64,000 nucleotides of DNA from Thermodesulfobacteriota bacterium (lineage in GTDB: Bacteria > Desulfobacterota_D > UBA1144 > Nemesobacterales > UBA2774), in NCBI GenBank assembly GCA_963422265.1, contig OY729416.1:1536001-1600000 (forward strand). Direction: 5' to 3'. Under the pieces are notes generated by a model. It made no database searches, was not told the origin of the DNA, and worked only from the letters and a program-made list of their open reading frames with translations. The position numbers were made by a program, and so were the translations under genes. This document shows positions 20,101 through 28,180 of this stretch, piece after piece. Position 1 is the stretch's first letter. Every line of letters begins with the position of its first letter.

Positions 20101-20597
20101 TCCGCCCAAAAGCAATGGAGCCTGAAATCTCAATCAATATGCCTGCGTTCATTCCTGATGATTATATCTCAAGCGACACTGAGAGACTGCTTTTTTATAA
20201 AAGGCTGTCAACGATTACTGGAAACGCCGCTCTTCAAAAGATAAGAGGAGAGTTAGACGATAGGTTCGGCAAAATCCCAGTTGCAGTCAATAATCTCTTG
20301 GAGCTTATTAAGCTAAAGCTGGTGATGAAAAAGCTAGGTGTTGAAAAGGTGGAGGTGAGAACCAAAAAAGCCATTATAATAATCTCACCAAATTCAAAGT
20401 TATATGAAAAATGTCTTCCCTCAGGTAAAATGGAAATCTTGTTTGAGCAGGGGGAGGATAGTCCTCTCAGGGAAATAAGAAGCGCACTGAGAAATTTGAA
20501 CAAAGCTTGCGCTGGTCTTGATTCAGCATGCACTTCCCCAATGGACTCGACGAGATTGGGGATTGATTGGGAAACAAAACTGGAAAAGGGGCAATAG
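17127..20597 (+). CDS. mfd: transcription-repair coupling factor
   Basis: CarD-like VHVNFGIG, FPYEETPDQ, CGDVGFGKT, DEEHRFG, SATPIPRTL, QLRGRVGR, DLEIRGAG. Confidence 0.97.
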   Translation: MLRKISNELPSNPSLRELIRKANSAHSVISLSGLRGTSKSYIASEVSSLSRRPILFLSSTRKKALEASEDLSFFLGKIPPVLTRKELTNGKALFSSVSRFSTDRINWLYSAQSEDLIVAEVGVLFEKFIPRGIFDSSIIEIKRGELLLRDDFIASLIENGYHQTDFVEKQGEVSVRGSIVDVLSPGQRDAVRFEFLGDEIGSIRLFNTEDQKSSRKISSVAILPASEVKLNAATIARAINFLKAKAGERQVSARDRRSLIEEIEKGNRIPNVEWLLPAFYDSLSSAFDYLRESTIIIYDEPEELSVSLDATALYLSDRWALLEKYLKVTPDQSELFFTPGEVHKELLGFKIIRLQELELSEDKDSTVHFRAEPASVRRGVGESPIDALLTKIAECKENGYDLHLVFRSQTERDKLVSLLLERGIHEISTHLGNLSEGFRLEEQKLEVLTEKEIIGEKRKRVINKKPSGGLSAFITSFSELKPGDYIVHVNFGIGIFRSLKRLKIGSGEGDFLQCEYAGGDIIYVPFDKLKLVQRYIGDGKKPRIDRLGSKAWGARVDRIRKAVEVVARELLELYAKRRAMKGFSFSPADELFSEFELAFPYEETPDQEAAITDVLADMESPRPMDRLICGDVGFGKTEVALRAAFKAVVDGKQVAFLVPTTLLAHQHYETFLQRLKGYPVVIGALSRFTARKEEKETLSKLQQGKIDIVIGTHKILSEKVKFRDLGLVINDEEHRFGVSQKEKLKKIKQGVDAVSLSATPIPRTLQLSLAKIRDISLINTPPQGRQTIETYLYRYDSTIIKQAIKREIDRRGAVFFIHNRIADIYRVAEKISALVPEANIAVTHGRLREKELEDAIAEFIEGDVDVLVTTAIVESGLDIPRANTIIINDAHTFGLADLYQLRGRVGRSREKAYAYFLIPSSGLITSDSRRRLRAISEFKDLGSGFKLALSDLEIRGAGHLFGNEQSGHVADVGLEFYLDMLDGSIKRLEGNVRPKAMEPEISINMPAFIPDDYISSDTERLLFYKRLSTITGNAALQKIRGELDDRFGKIPVAVNNLLELIKLKLVMKKLGVEKVEVRTKKAIIIISPNSKLYEKCLPSGKMEILFEQGEDSPLREIRSALRNLNKACAGLDSACTSPMDSTRLGIDWETKLEKGQ

Positions 20598-20611
20598 GGA
20601 GAATTATAACG

Positions 20612-21586
20612 ATGATGAAACAAATGTTTAATCTTGTGGCTTCAGTTTTCATTTTTGTCGTATGCCTGGTTTCACCTTATCAGGTCAGGGCCGCGGAGGT
20701 GATTGACAGAGTGGTCGCCGTGGTAAACGATGACTTAATAACCCAATCTGAGCTAAGGGAAATGGCTTTAAGCCTCGATCCAACTTCCACGGAGCAAATT
20801 GATGAAGCAACGATTCTACAAAAGATGGCTGAACAAAGATTGTTTGAGCAGGAAGCCGAAAAACTGGGAATTAAAATTACGCAAGAGGAGCTAGACGCGA
20901 GTATCAAGGGGGTTCAGCAAAGGTTTAGCTTAAACGATGAACAGATGGTTGACGCGCTAAAGAAGCAGGGCTTGACGCCAGAGGATTTTAGGGAGCAGTG
21001 GAGATCGCAGACTCTTGTCAATAAGCTCATTGAATCTCAGCTAAAGGTAGTAATTACTGACGAAGAAATAAAAGAGTATTACGAGGACAACTACGGTGGT
21101 TTCACTACGGAAACTCCACCCTCAGGGTCCCATGAGACGTTTCAAATAGCCCACGTGCTTATATCTACTGAGACACCGAACGCTCTGGACAAAGCAGAGG
21201 AAGTTGCAAACCTTGCAAGATCGGGGAATAACTTTGCGGATTTGGCAAGAGAGCGCTCCGAGGACATTGTTACCGCTAATAAAGGAGGGATTTTAGGGTT
21301 TTTTAGGAAGGGGGATCTAATGGGGGAACTTGAAGCGGCGGTTGCAACCACGCCTGAGGGGGGTATTGCCGGACCTGTTAAATCTTCCTCTGGGTATCAT
21401 GTGATAAAAGTTCTTCAAAGGTCGAAGGGTGGAAAAGATAAAGATTCGGATATTGGTGGAGTTCTCATTGATGAGGCAATAAAACAAGAAATAAAGCAAA
21501 CGCTCTATAGACAGAAAGCCGAGAAACAGTTGAAAGAATGGCTTGATAGAATTAAAGAGAACGCCTATGTAGAAATAAAGCTGTAG
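20612..21586 (+). CDS. SurA-like periplasmic chaperone/parvulin PPIase
   Basis: Signal peptide, DRVVAVVNDDLIT, HVLI..FADLARERSED..GGILGF..GYHVIKV. Confidence 0.88.
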   Translation: MMKQMFNLVASVFIFVVCLVSPYQVRAAEVIDRVVAVVNDDLITQSELREMALSLDPTSTEQIDEATILQKMAEQRLFEQEAEKLGIKITQEELDASIKGVQQRFSLNDEQMVDALKKQGLTPEDFREQWRSQTLVNKLIESQLKVVITDEEIKEYYEDNYGGFTTETPPSGSHETFQIAHVLISTETPNALDKAEEVANLARSGNNFADLARERSEDIVTANKGGILGFFRKGDLMGELEAAVATTPEGGIAGPVKSSSGYHVIKVLQRSKGGKDKDSDIGGVLIDEAIKQEIKQTLYRQKAEKQLKEWLDRIKENAYVEIKL

Positions 21587-21588
21587 TA

Positions 21589-22092
21589 TCAGGACGTTAG
21601 CTTTACAATTAGGTCTTTATGCTGAGGATACTGTTCTATTAGTTTATCCTGTTCTCCTGCTTTGTAGTCGGTAAAGTCAAAACCTGGAGCAGCTGTCACG
21701 CCCATAAATGCAAAGCTGCTTCCCTCAAGTAAGTAAGCGCCTTGCCATACTCCGGCTGGTGCCGTTACTTGAACGAATTGACCAGCTTTAAGATCGTTTC
21801 CTAAAAAGAGCATTTTGGTTGTTGAATCTGGGCGCAGTTGCACCATCATTACAGGCCCTCCCATGTAAAAATGATACACCTCGTCAGTTTTGAGGCGGTG
21901 TAGATTAGACTTAGTATCTGGAGTAAGGAGGTAATAGATCGCCGTAGCAAAGGGTTTGTCTCCATCATAGCGCGAGGGAAGGGCGTCTTTTTCAATTATT
22001 TCATTAGAGCGATACGTTTCACAATAGTAACCCCCCTCTCCCGGTAGTAGCTTCATGTTGTAAAGCTTTATTATTCTATCCGCCGTAATCAT
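21589..22092 (-). CDS. cupin_5 (DUF985) family protein
   Basis: EGGYYCETYRS, TAIYYLL, HRLKTDEVYHFY, APGFDF. Confidence 0.9.
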   Translation of the reverse strand: MITADRIIKLYNMKLLPGEGGYYCETYRSNEIIEKDALPSRYDGDKPFATAIYYLLTPDTKSNLHRLKTDEVYHFYMGGPVMMVQLRPDSTTKMLFLGNDLKAGQFVQVTAPAGVWQGAYLLEGSSFAFMGVTAAPGFDFTDYKAGEQDKLIEQYPQHKDLIVKLTS

Positions 22093-22183
22093 GGTTTTCT
22101 CCTTGAGGATGTAGTGTCTATTATTTTAGCTTTATTTTAGCGCTTTCAAAGCTCCTTCCCGTGGAAATGGGTGAAATGTCCCC

Positions 22184-22208
22184 CTTGAAATAGGTAAAGC
22201 GATGATTA
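22184..22208 (+). promoter_or_regulatory. putative heat-shock promoter CTTGA-N13-ATGATTA upstream of Hsp20
   Basis: Same motif and spacing occurs upstream of groES (39309-39333, minus). Confidence 0.5.
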
Positions 22209-22253
22209 GATTTTAAGTGTAGAGATAAAATAAAACATAAGGAGGTAACTAAA

Positions 22254-22682
22254 ATGAGGCTAAAAGTTTTAGAACCATTTAGAGGTTTTAAGCCGTTCTA
22301 CGCGGACTTTAATTGTTGCTTTAACGGCGTTGAAGAGTCATCGCGTAATAGTCCATGGCAACCGAGCGTGGACGTTTGTGAGACCGATACGGGCTTTGTG
22401 CTAAAAGCCGATCTCCCAGGCCTTAATAAAGAAGATATAACGATAGATATCAACAATGATGTTCTTACGTTGAAAGGGGAAAAGAGGTTTGAAGATCAGG
22501 CTAAAGAGGACGGCTACGTGAGGGTGGAGCGTAGATATGGCAGTTTCTCAAGGACATTCTCGCTTTCCGACAACGTGGATACCGACAACGTCACCGCTAA
22601 CTATAAAGACGGCGTGCTGGAGATTACCCTTCCGAAGCAGGAAGAGGTAAAGCCCAAAGAGATTCAAATTCAGGTGAATTAA
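22254..22682 (+). CDS. Hsp20/alpha-crystallin small heat-shock protein
   Basis: WQPSVDV, ADLPGL, ERRYGSFSRTF, ANYKDGVLEITLPK; AGGAGGT RBS. Confidence 0.95.
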   Translation: MRLKVLEPFRGFKPFYADFNCCFNGVEESSRNSPWQPSVDVCETDTGFVLKADLPGLNKEDITIDINNDVLTLKGEKRFEDQAKEDGYVRVERRYGSFSRTFSLSDNVDTDNVTANYKDGVLEITLPKQEEVKPKEIQIQVN

Positions 22683-22691
22683 GCTGAAGTG

Positions 22692-22733
22692 AAGGCAGAG
22701 CCTTAAAACAAAGGCTCTGCCTTTCTTATTTTT
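22692..22733 (+). terminator. intrinsic terminator after Hsp20
   Basis: AAGGCAGAGCCTT-AAAACA-AAGGCTCTGCCTT stem followed by a T-rich tract. Confidence 0.85.
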
Positions 22734-22799
22734 CTAAAGGCGCGTAAAAATGTAAAGTCATGTCCCTGTCTGTGAACAGGGAATAAGTTCTACACTTTA

Positions 22800-23714
22800 C
22801 TACAGACCCAGTTCTTCTCTCAACGCTTTATGCAAGCGCTTATTCTTATTCCAATAGTCTGTTATTACTGACTTATTCTTAGTGGCTTTAGTGGTGAGTT
22901 TTCTAGCATTTTTACCAAAACTGCTTAGATAGGCTTCCTCCCAAGATACTATTTCATAGGGGAAGTGTTTGTTAAAGGTTATTTTAATTGACCGTCCCAA
23001 ATTGTCGTAGGCAATCTTATAATCCATCAGGTGGACATCATCCTGGTTTTGCTCAAGCAATGCCACGGCGCGTTCAACCTTAAGCTCCTTATGCGTAAGC
23101 CTAGACGCCATAGCCCCCGGTATTATGTTTATCTTTCCAACGGGCAGGCTCTTTGGGTCAAGCCTTATCCTAGTCCACGCCTCATCCTCAAGAAATTCTC
23201 TTTTCAGGTTAAACCTCTTATCCCCTTCGGATTCAAAATACGAAAGGCTCGTAAGCTCATACCTATCATCACCCAAATTCAATTGCTTAAAAGTGTTGCC
23301 GCACCACTCCTGAGAAGAAGAGGAAACCTTGAGCGTGTTTGGGAATTCTGCAAGGTTCACTGGGGTAAACACGGAGTCCATAATGGAATAACGGTAGATG
23401 CCCGTATTAAATTTCTTGATCCTATTAAGTTTTAGTATCTTAACAGCATCTCCTTTCGCTTGGGTGGGATTATCTAGCTTTACCTGCTTCTTTTTTGAAA
23501 AATCCTCCGTAACAAATACAAGAACGGCGTGTCCTTCATGGATCTCACCGTATCTAGCTTGCTCGATCTTATAGCTTGTTATCTCAGCAGTGCCTGAATA
23601 CCAGTAATCCTTAAATTTTTTGGAATCCGTGATACTTGACGAGCCGCTATACGCCAGAGGTACGGCTAGAAACAACAGTAAAATTAGTTTCAATAGGAGT
23701 GTCATTGATTTCAT
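22800..23714 (-). CDS. exported conserved hypothetical protein
   Basis: Signal peptide from ATG 23714; YWYSGTAEITSY..ARYGE, QEWCG, YFESEGD. Confidence 0.75.
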   Translation of the reverse strand: MKSMTLLLKLILLLFLAVPLAYSGSSSITDSKKFKDYWYSGTAEITSYKIEQARYGEIHEGHAVLVFVTEDFSKKKQVKLDNPTQAKGDAVKILKLNRIKKFNTGIYRYSIMDSVFTPVNLAEFPNTLKVSSSSQEWCGNTFKQLNLGDDRYELTSLSYFESEGDKRFNLKREFLEDEAWTRIRLDPKSLPVGKINIIPGAMASRLTHKELKVERAVALLEQNQDDVHLMDYKIAYDNLGRSIKITFNKHFPYEIVSWEEAYLSSFGKNARKLTTKATKNKSVITDYWNKNKRLHKALREELGL

Positions 23715-23833
23715 ATATGTGTCCTTCTCTAAAGAAAGCGATAATCTAACATTAAAATTGGCTATTGTCTTATATGAATTAAACGCCACTGTATAGGGGA
23801 ATAAAAATAAAGAATAGTATAGAGTCTGAAACT

Positions 23834-24038
23834 ATTCCCGATAAAGGCGTTCGGGAAAGTGGTTTGTAATAACGACAAAGAAAAGGTCTGGATTCCTGCT
23901 CAGAGGCAGGAATGACGATCTCCACGTGTCTCTCATGCCTCATCTTCTTCATTCCAAGCCACGTCCCGAGCGGACGCGAGGGAGAAGCTGAGCAGTCTAT
24001 CCTATCCCCCTTTAGAAAAGGGGGATAGAGGGGGATTT
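23834..24038. repeat. cluster of short palindromic REP-like elements at the left edge of the defence island
   Basis: TTCCCGA..TCGGGAA (~23834-23856), TTCCTGCTCAGAGGCAGGAATGAC (23893-23916), perfect 12-bp IR CTATCCCCCTTT-AGA-AAAGGGGGATAG (24002-24028). Confidence 0.65.
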
Positions 24039-24094
24039 GACAAGGGATTAGAAACGGATTAGAGCGGTGTCCTGGGTAGGGACGAAGAATCTTT

Positions 24095-24379
24095 TCATGG
24101 TCTAATCTTTTCCCATTCGGGTATATATGTGCTCATCATACTTTTGAACAGCTTGCCGTGGTTAGGGATTTTCAGGTGTAAAAGCTCATGGGCTATGACG
24201 AACTGCCTAAAGGATTTGGGTTTCTCAAGAAGCTCCAAGTTGAAGCTGACCCATCCTTTTGTTGAGCAAGAACCCCACTTACGGGTCATTTTTCTGATGG
24301 TTATACGGGTTGGAGTAACGTTGAGTTTCGCGCTCCAGTATGTGATTTCATCTCTAAACTTTTTTTTTGAAACGCTCAT
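24095..24379 (-). CDS. short YgjP/DUF45-like M48 metallopeptidase domain protein
   Basis: MTRKWGSCS, IAHELLHL..PNHGKLF (HExxH); overlaps the hsdR end. Confidence 0.85.
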   Translation of the reverse strand: MSVSKKKFRDEITYWSAKLNVTPTRITIRKMTRKWGSCSTKGWVSFNLELLEKPKSFRQFVIAHELLHLKIPNHGKLFKSMMSTYIPEWEKIRP

Positions 24380-27281
24380 CCAACTCTATAATCTCCTTTA
24401 TTACAGAAACGTCCGATCCCTCTCCGATGGCAGGCGTCAGAATTCTATAAAGAGTCGACTTTAGGGCTCTTCTTTGGTTAATATTTTCAAGGTAGTTAGA
24501 GAAAGAGTCGAAGGCTTCCTCCAATTCCGAGGTAAGAGACTCGGCGTTTGAAGCGTCAGCTTTTTCCAAAACGTCGGCAAAGGCTAGCCGTCGAGCGGTT
24601 ATTCTCCCCTTTTGATACTTTCTTTTTAATTCAACAGTTTCCTTCGCCAGTTTCATCAACTCTTCTAACGTTTGTTGGGCAGTCTCCTGACGATCATCGT
24701 ATATTTCTTTTACTTTCTGCGCTCGCTCTCCTATTGAAGTTAATATAATCTCTTGCTCAGGATTCTCCTTAACGGCTGTCATTATCAGCTTTGTCAGGTT
24801 GAATATTTTTCCCGATTCGCTCTTTCTGTCTTCTGTTATTTGGGCAAGGGTTTTCTCATCAATCACCGCCTCTTTAACTTTCTTGTTTGCTTCATACGAA
24901 TTTATCTCTTCCCTCACAAGGCTTTCCGTTTTTGTCGCAAGCTCCTTGTATTCAAGGGGAAGTTTCTCTTTCTCGAACTCTTCCATCACGATATTGTAGA
25001 GAACGCAAAGTTTCTTGTAGTCTTCCAGAAATGTCCTTAACTTAGGGTCAGGCGATAGGATTTCATAAAGGGTCTGAATCTCCCTAAGCAATTTAAGGAA
25101 TTTTCCCCTCTTTTCCCTGTGCGCAAAATAATCAATCACGTTTTCAACCGCTTTATCATTTTCCTCGCTGCACGTCAGAGTCGGATACTTTTGTGACTCC
25201 TTCATCTTATTTTCAAAGCTGTCAAACAAAACTTCTATGTCTTCTATAACCCCGCTGACGTCCTGAGAGTCAAAGGCGAGAGCTTTTTCCAGATTATTTA
25301 GAAGCCCTATAAAGTCAACTATTAGACCACACGGCTTTTCTTTTCCGTTTAGTGATAAGGGACGGTTGACGCGCGCAATTGACTGAAGCAAAACGTGATC
25401 ACGCATAGGTTTATCAAGATACATGCAATACAGAATTGGGGCGTCAAACCCCGTAAGTAGCTTGTCCGTTACTATAAAAATTCTAGGCTTTCTATCTGGC
25501 TTTACGAACTCTTTGCGAAGGGATTTCTCCTCATCTTCACTCAACTGATACTTTGCGACAAGCGGAAACCTTTGGGTGTCGTGTTGGGATTTTGTATAAA
25601 CAGCTTTGACGGATTCAGGTGGAAGCCTTTCGTCCAGTGCCCTTTTATAAAGCGCGCAGGCTTCTCGGTCAACTCCTACGAGAAACGCCTTGTAACCAAG
25701 GGGTTCAATGTTTTTCTTAAAATGCGCTGCGACGAAATCCGAAACCTTCCCGACTCTCTCGTCTGACTTCAGGAAGTTCTTTAGATTAACGGCTTTCTCG
25801 AGAACCTTGTTCAGTTGCTCTATGTCACTCAGCCCTTCCGCATCTGCCATTTCAAGAAACTCCTTGTTCAAAGTTTCTTTTGGAACTTTCATCTCCATAG
25901 GTGCAAGTTTATATTTAAGGCTGACGGTCGTCCCATCCTTTATTGATTCCCTGATTGAATACTTGTCCAGATACCCTTGTTCATCCTCAATGCCGAAGGT
26001 TTTGAACGTGCCTTTTCCATAAGCGGTTTTGTCTATCGGGGTGCCGGTAAATCCTATAAGCGTTGCATTCGGAAGCGCCCCGGTCAGGTAATTCCCAAGC
26101 TCTCCCCCAACGCTTCGGTGCGCCTCGTCTATGAAGACAAACACGTCGTCTCGGTCAGACACGTTTGCAGGCATGTTGTCAAACTTGTGGATCATTGACA
26201 CGACAAGCCCCCTAAAGTCTGCTCGTAGTATTTTTCTCAGCTCTTTTTTGCTATTAGCTCGCCTGATATCGATTCCAAAGCTCTGATTACTTTCAATAAG
26301 GGCGCTAATCCATGACGAGAGCTGACCTTCAAGCTCAGTCCTATCTATCATCGTTATCACCGTGGGATTCAGGAATCTCTCCCTGTCTTTAAGCAGAAGC
26401 TCAGCCGCTTTTATCATGGTAAAGGTCTTGCCAGAACCTTGTGTATGCCATATCAGTCCGCGTTTCTTTCTAACGTCTATACACCTTTCAATTATCCGCT
26501 CCGCCGCCTGCCTTTGGTGTTGTCTCAGGACGGTTTTTTTCAGTTCATCGTCCTTTTGATAAAAGAGAACCCATTCCTTGATTAGTTTCAGAAACCGCTC
26601 GCGGTCAAAGAATTTTTTCACCTTTCTTTCAAAATCCCCTCGCTCCTCGTCCTTCCAATTAAAAATATTCTTAGCTTCCGTGTTCCAAGTTGCACCGTAG
26701 TGGAGTTCCAACAGGTTAGTTACGTCAAATACCTGAGGCAAGGCAAGCATTCCGGGCGTGTCCCTGTGATACTGTCTTATCTGCGTAACGCCTTCTTCAA
26801 TGGCGTCTTTTTTCGTAGCGCTTTTTGTCTCGACAATGGCGACTGGAATGCCGTTAATCAGAAATACCACGTCCGCACGGCGGTTGTGTCGCGCTCCAAC
26901 GGTAGTCCATTCATCCGTAACCTGAAAGACGTTGTTATCAGGATTTGCGTAGTCAATTACCGAGATGTTAAGCTCTCGTTTTTCCCCTTCACTGTAAATG
27001 CTCTTCTCTCTCCTCATCCATCCGAGAGCGTCTCTATTTCCCCTGATGTCGTAACGGACGGACTCTATTTTGTGAATGACTTCCCCTACTTTTTTAGAGG
27101 TAATAAGTTCTGGATTAAGCGCAATCAGCCCTTCTTTTAGAATGGATGAGAACAAAAGCCCTTGCGTTCCACCTCTAAGCCGTTCCGCTTTCTTGCAAGG
27201 AACAAACTCCCATCCAATTTCGGATGCGTATTTGATTAGTGGGTCTTGAACGGTTTCTCTTTCGCTTGCGAGGGAAGGCAT
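24354..27281 (-). CDS. hsdR: type I restriction enzyme R subunit
   Basis: RADVVFLINGIPVAIVETK nuclease motif, HTQGSGKT, IDEAHRS, GFTGTP, LLTGFDAP, QSIARVNR. Confidence 0.96.
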   Translation of the reverse strand: MPSLASERETVQDPLIKYASEIGWEFVPCKKAERLRGGTQGLLFSSILKEGLIALNPELITSKKVGEVIHKIESVRYDIRGNRDALGWMRREKSIYSEGEKRELNISVIDYANPDNNVFQVTDEWTTVGARHNRRADVVFLINGIPVAIVETKSATKKDAIEEGVTQIRQYHRDTPGMLALPQVFDVTNLLELHYGATWNTEAKNIFNWKDEERGDFERKVKKFFDRERFLKLIKEWVLFYQKDDELKKTVLRQHQRQAAERIIERCIDVRKKRGLIWHTQGSGKTFTMIKAAELLLKDRERFLNPTVITMIDRTELEGQLSSWISALIESNQSFGIDIRRANSKKELRKILRADFRGLVVSMIHKFDNMPANVSDRDDVFVFIDEAHRSVGGELGNYLTGALPNATLIGFTGTPIDKTAYGKGTFKTFGIEDEQGYLDKYSIRESIKDGTTVSLKYKLAPMEMKVPKETLNKEFLEMADAEGLSDIEQLNKVLEKAVNLKNFLKSDERVGKVSDFVAAHFKKNIEPLGYKAFLVGVDREACALYKRALDERLPPESVKAVYTKSQHDTQRFPLVAKYQLSEDEEKSLRKEFVKPDRKPRIFIVTDKLLTGFDAPILYCMYLDKPMRDHVLLQSIARVNRPLSLNGKEKPCGLIVDFIGLLNNLEKALAFDSQDVSGVIEDIEVLFDSFENKMKESQKYPTLTCSEENDKAVENVIDYFAHREKRGKFLKLLREIQTLYEILSPDPKLRTFLEDYKKLCVLYNIVMEEFEKEKLPLEYKELATKTESLVREEINSYEANKKVKEAVIDEKTLAQITEDRKSESGKIFNLTKLIMTAVKENPEQEIILTSIGERAQKVKEIYDDRQETAQQTLEELMKLAKETVELKRKYQKGRITARRLAFADVLEKADASNAESLTSELEEAFDSFSNYLENINQRRALKSTLYRILTPAIGEGSDVSVIKEIIELDERFKKKV

Positions 27282-27289
27282 GGTTTAGA

Positions 27290-28180
27290 TTAGACGTGTC
27301 CCGTGTGCTCCGACACGGGACACGTCTGCTTATCTTGTGGGTATTCATCCCAAGTGCGACTTTCAAGGGTGCGCCCCGCCTTCTTTTTGTTGGTCCCTCC
27401 CCACTGTTTGAAAAAGAAAGGAACCTTTGCGCGCCTACACTGATTGCGGATTTTAATCACCCATTCTTTCTTCATAGGACGGGAACGAGGTCCGCTTTCT
27501 CCACCAACTATTACCCAGTTAATTCCATGCTTATCTCTCCCTCTCCCTGTGGGAGAGGGCAGGGGTGAGGGCGCTTTTCCCTGCTCGCCTGCCCCTGCCT
27601 CCGAGCAGGGGGAGACAGGGACAGGTTTTTCTTCCAGCATCTTGGAAATATCAAGGGGTCCTAAAAGCGGCTCGCAAGACAGAAATCTAACAGAAGAAGG
27701 TAGTCTTGAAACAATTTGCGCCCGCTCTATGTATCTCTCGTTCTCAATACTGCTTCCGAGCCATATATGTGGGTATTTCTCCGCAAACTCTTCCCCCCAC
27801 GCTTCCAGATATTCAGACATTCTTTCAGGGCGTTTTGTCAAAACTTGAAATTGATGATGGGATGCTTTGCGCATTGTTTCAAAGACCTTATCTATAAATT
27901 CATTCGGCACTTCGGGATGGAAGAGGTCGCTCATGGAGTTAACAAATATGCGACGTGACTTCTTCCATCTAAGTGGCAACTCAAGGCGTTCAGGCCACAA
28001 GCGCAGGTCAAAGCCTTGTTCGTAAGGGTGATCCTTTACTCCTCTCCACCTCTCCGCAAGCGTTTCTGCATAGCAATACTTGCATCCCGGGCTTATCTTT
28101 GTGCAACCTGTTACGGGATTCCAAGTTGAGTCAGTCCATTCAATTTTTGAAATTTCCGCCATTTTAGCCTTTCTCGGCAA
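27290..28180 (-). CDS. DUF5131 (phage Gp37/Gp68) three-Cys-motif, radical-SAM-like protein
   Basis: IEWTDSTWNPVTGCTKISPGCKYCYA (Cx6Cx2C), FVNSMSDLFH, LTKRP, SCEPLLG, WVIVGGESG, FFFKQWGG. Confidence 0.93.
   Translation of the reverse strand: MPRKAKMAEISKIEWTDSTWNPVTGCTKISPGCKYCYAETLAERWRGVKDHPYEQGFDLRLWPERLELPLRWKKSRRIFVNSMSDLFHPEVPNEFIDKVFETMRKASHHQFQVLTKRPERMSEYLEAWGEEFAEKYPHIWLGSSIENERYIERAQIVSRLPSSVRFLSCEPLLGPLDISKMLEEKPVPVSPCSEAGAGEQGKAPSPLPSPTGRGRDKHGINWVIVGGESGPRSRPMKKEWVIKIRNQCRRAKVPFFFKQWGGTNKKKAGRTLESRTWDEYPQDKQTCPVSEHTGHV
27292..27327. repeat. perfect 15-bp inverted repeat in the 3' end of the DUF5131 gene
   Basis: AGACGTGTCCCGTGT-GCTCCG-ACACGGGACACGTCT. Confidence 0.85.
27539..27625. 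repeat. composite palindromic insertion, in-frame within DUF5131
   Basis: CCCTCTCCC-TGT-GGGAGAGGG-CAGGGGTGAGGG plus CCCCTGCCTCCGAGCAGGGG; translated as PVPVSPCSEAGAGEQGKAPSPLPSPTGRG. Confidence 0.75.
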
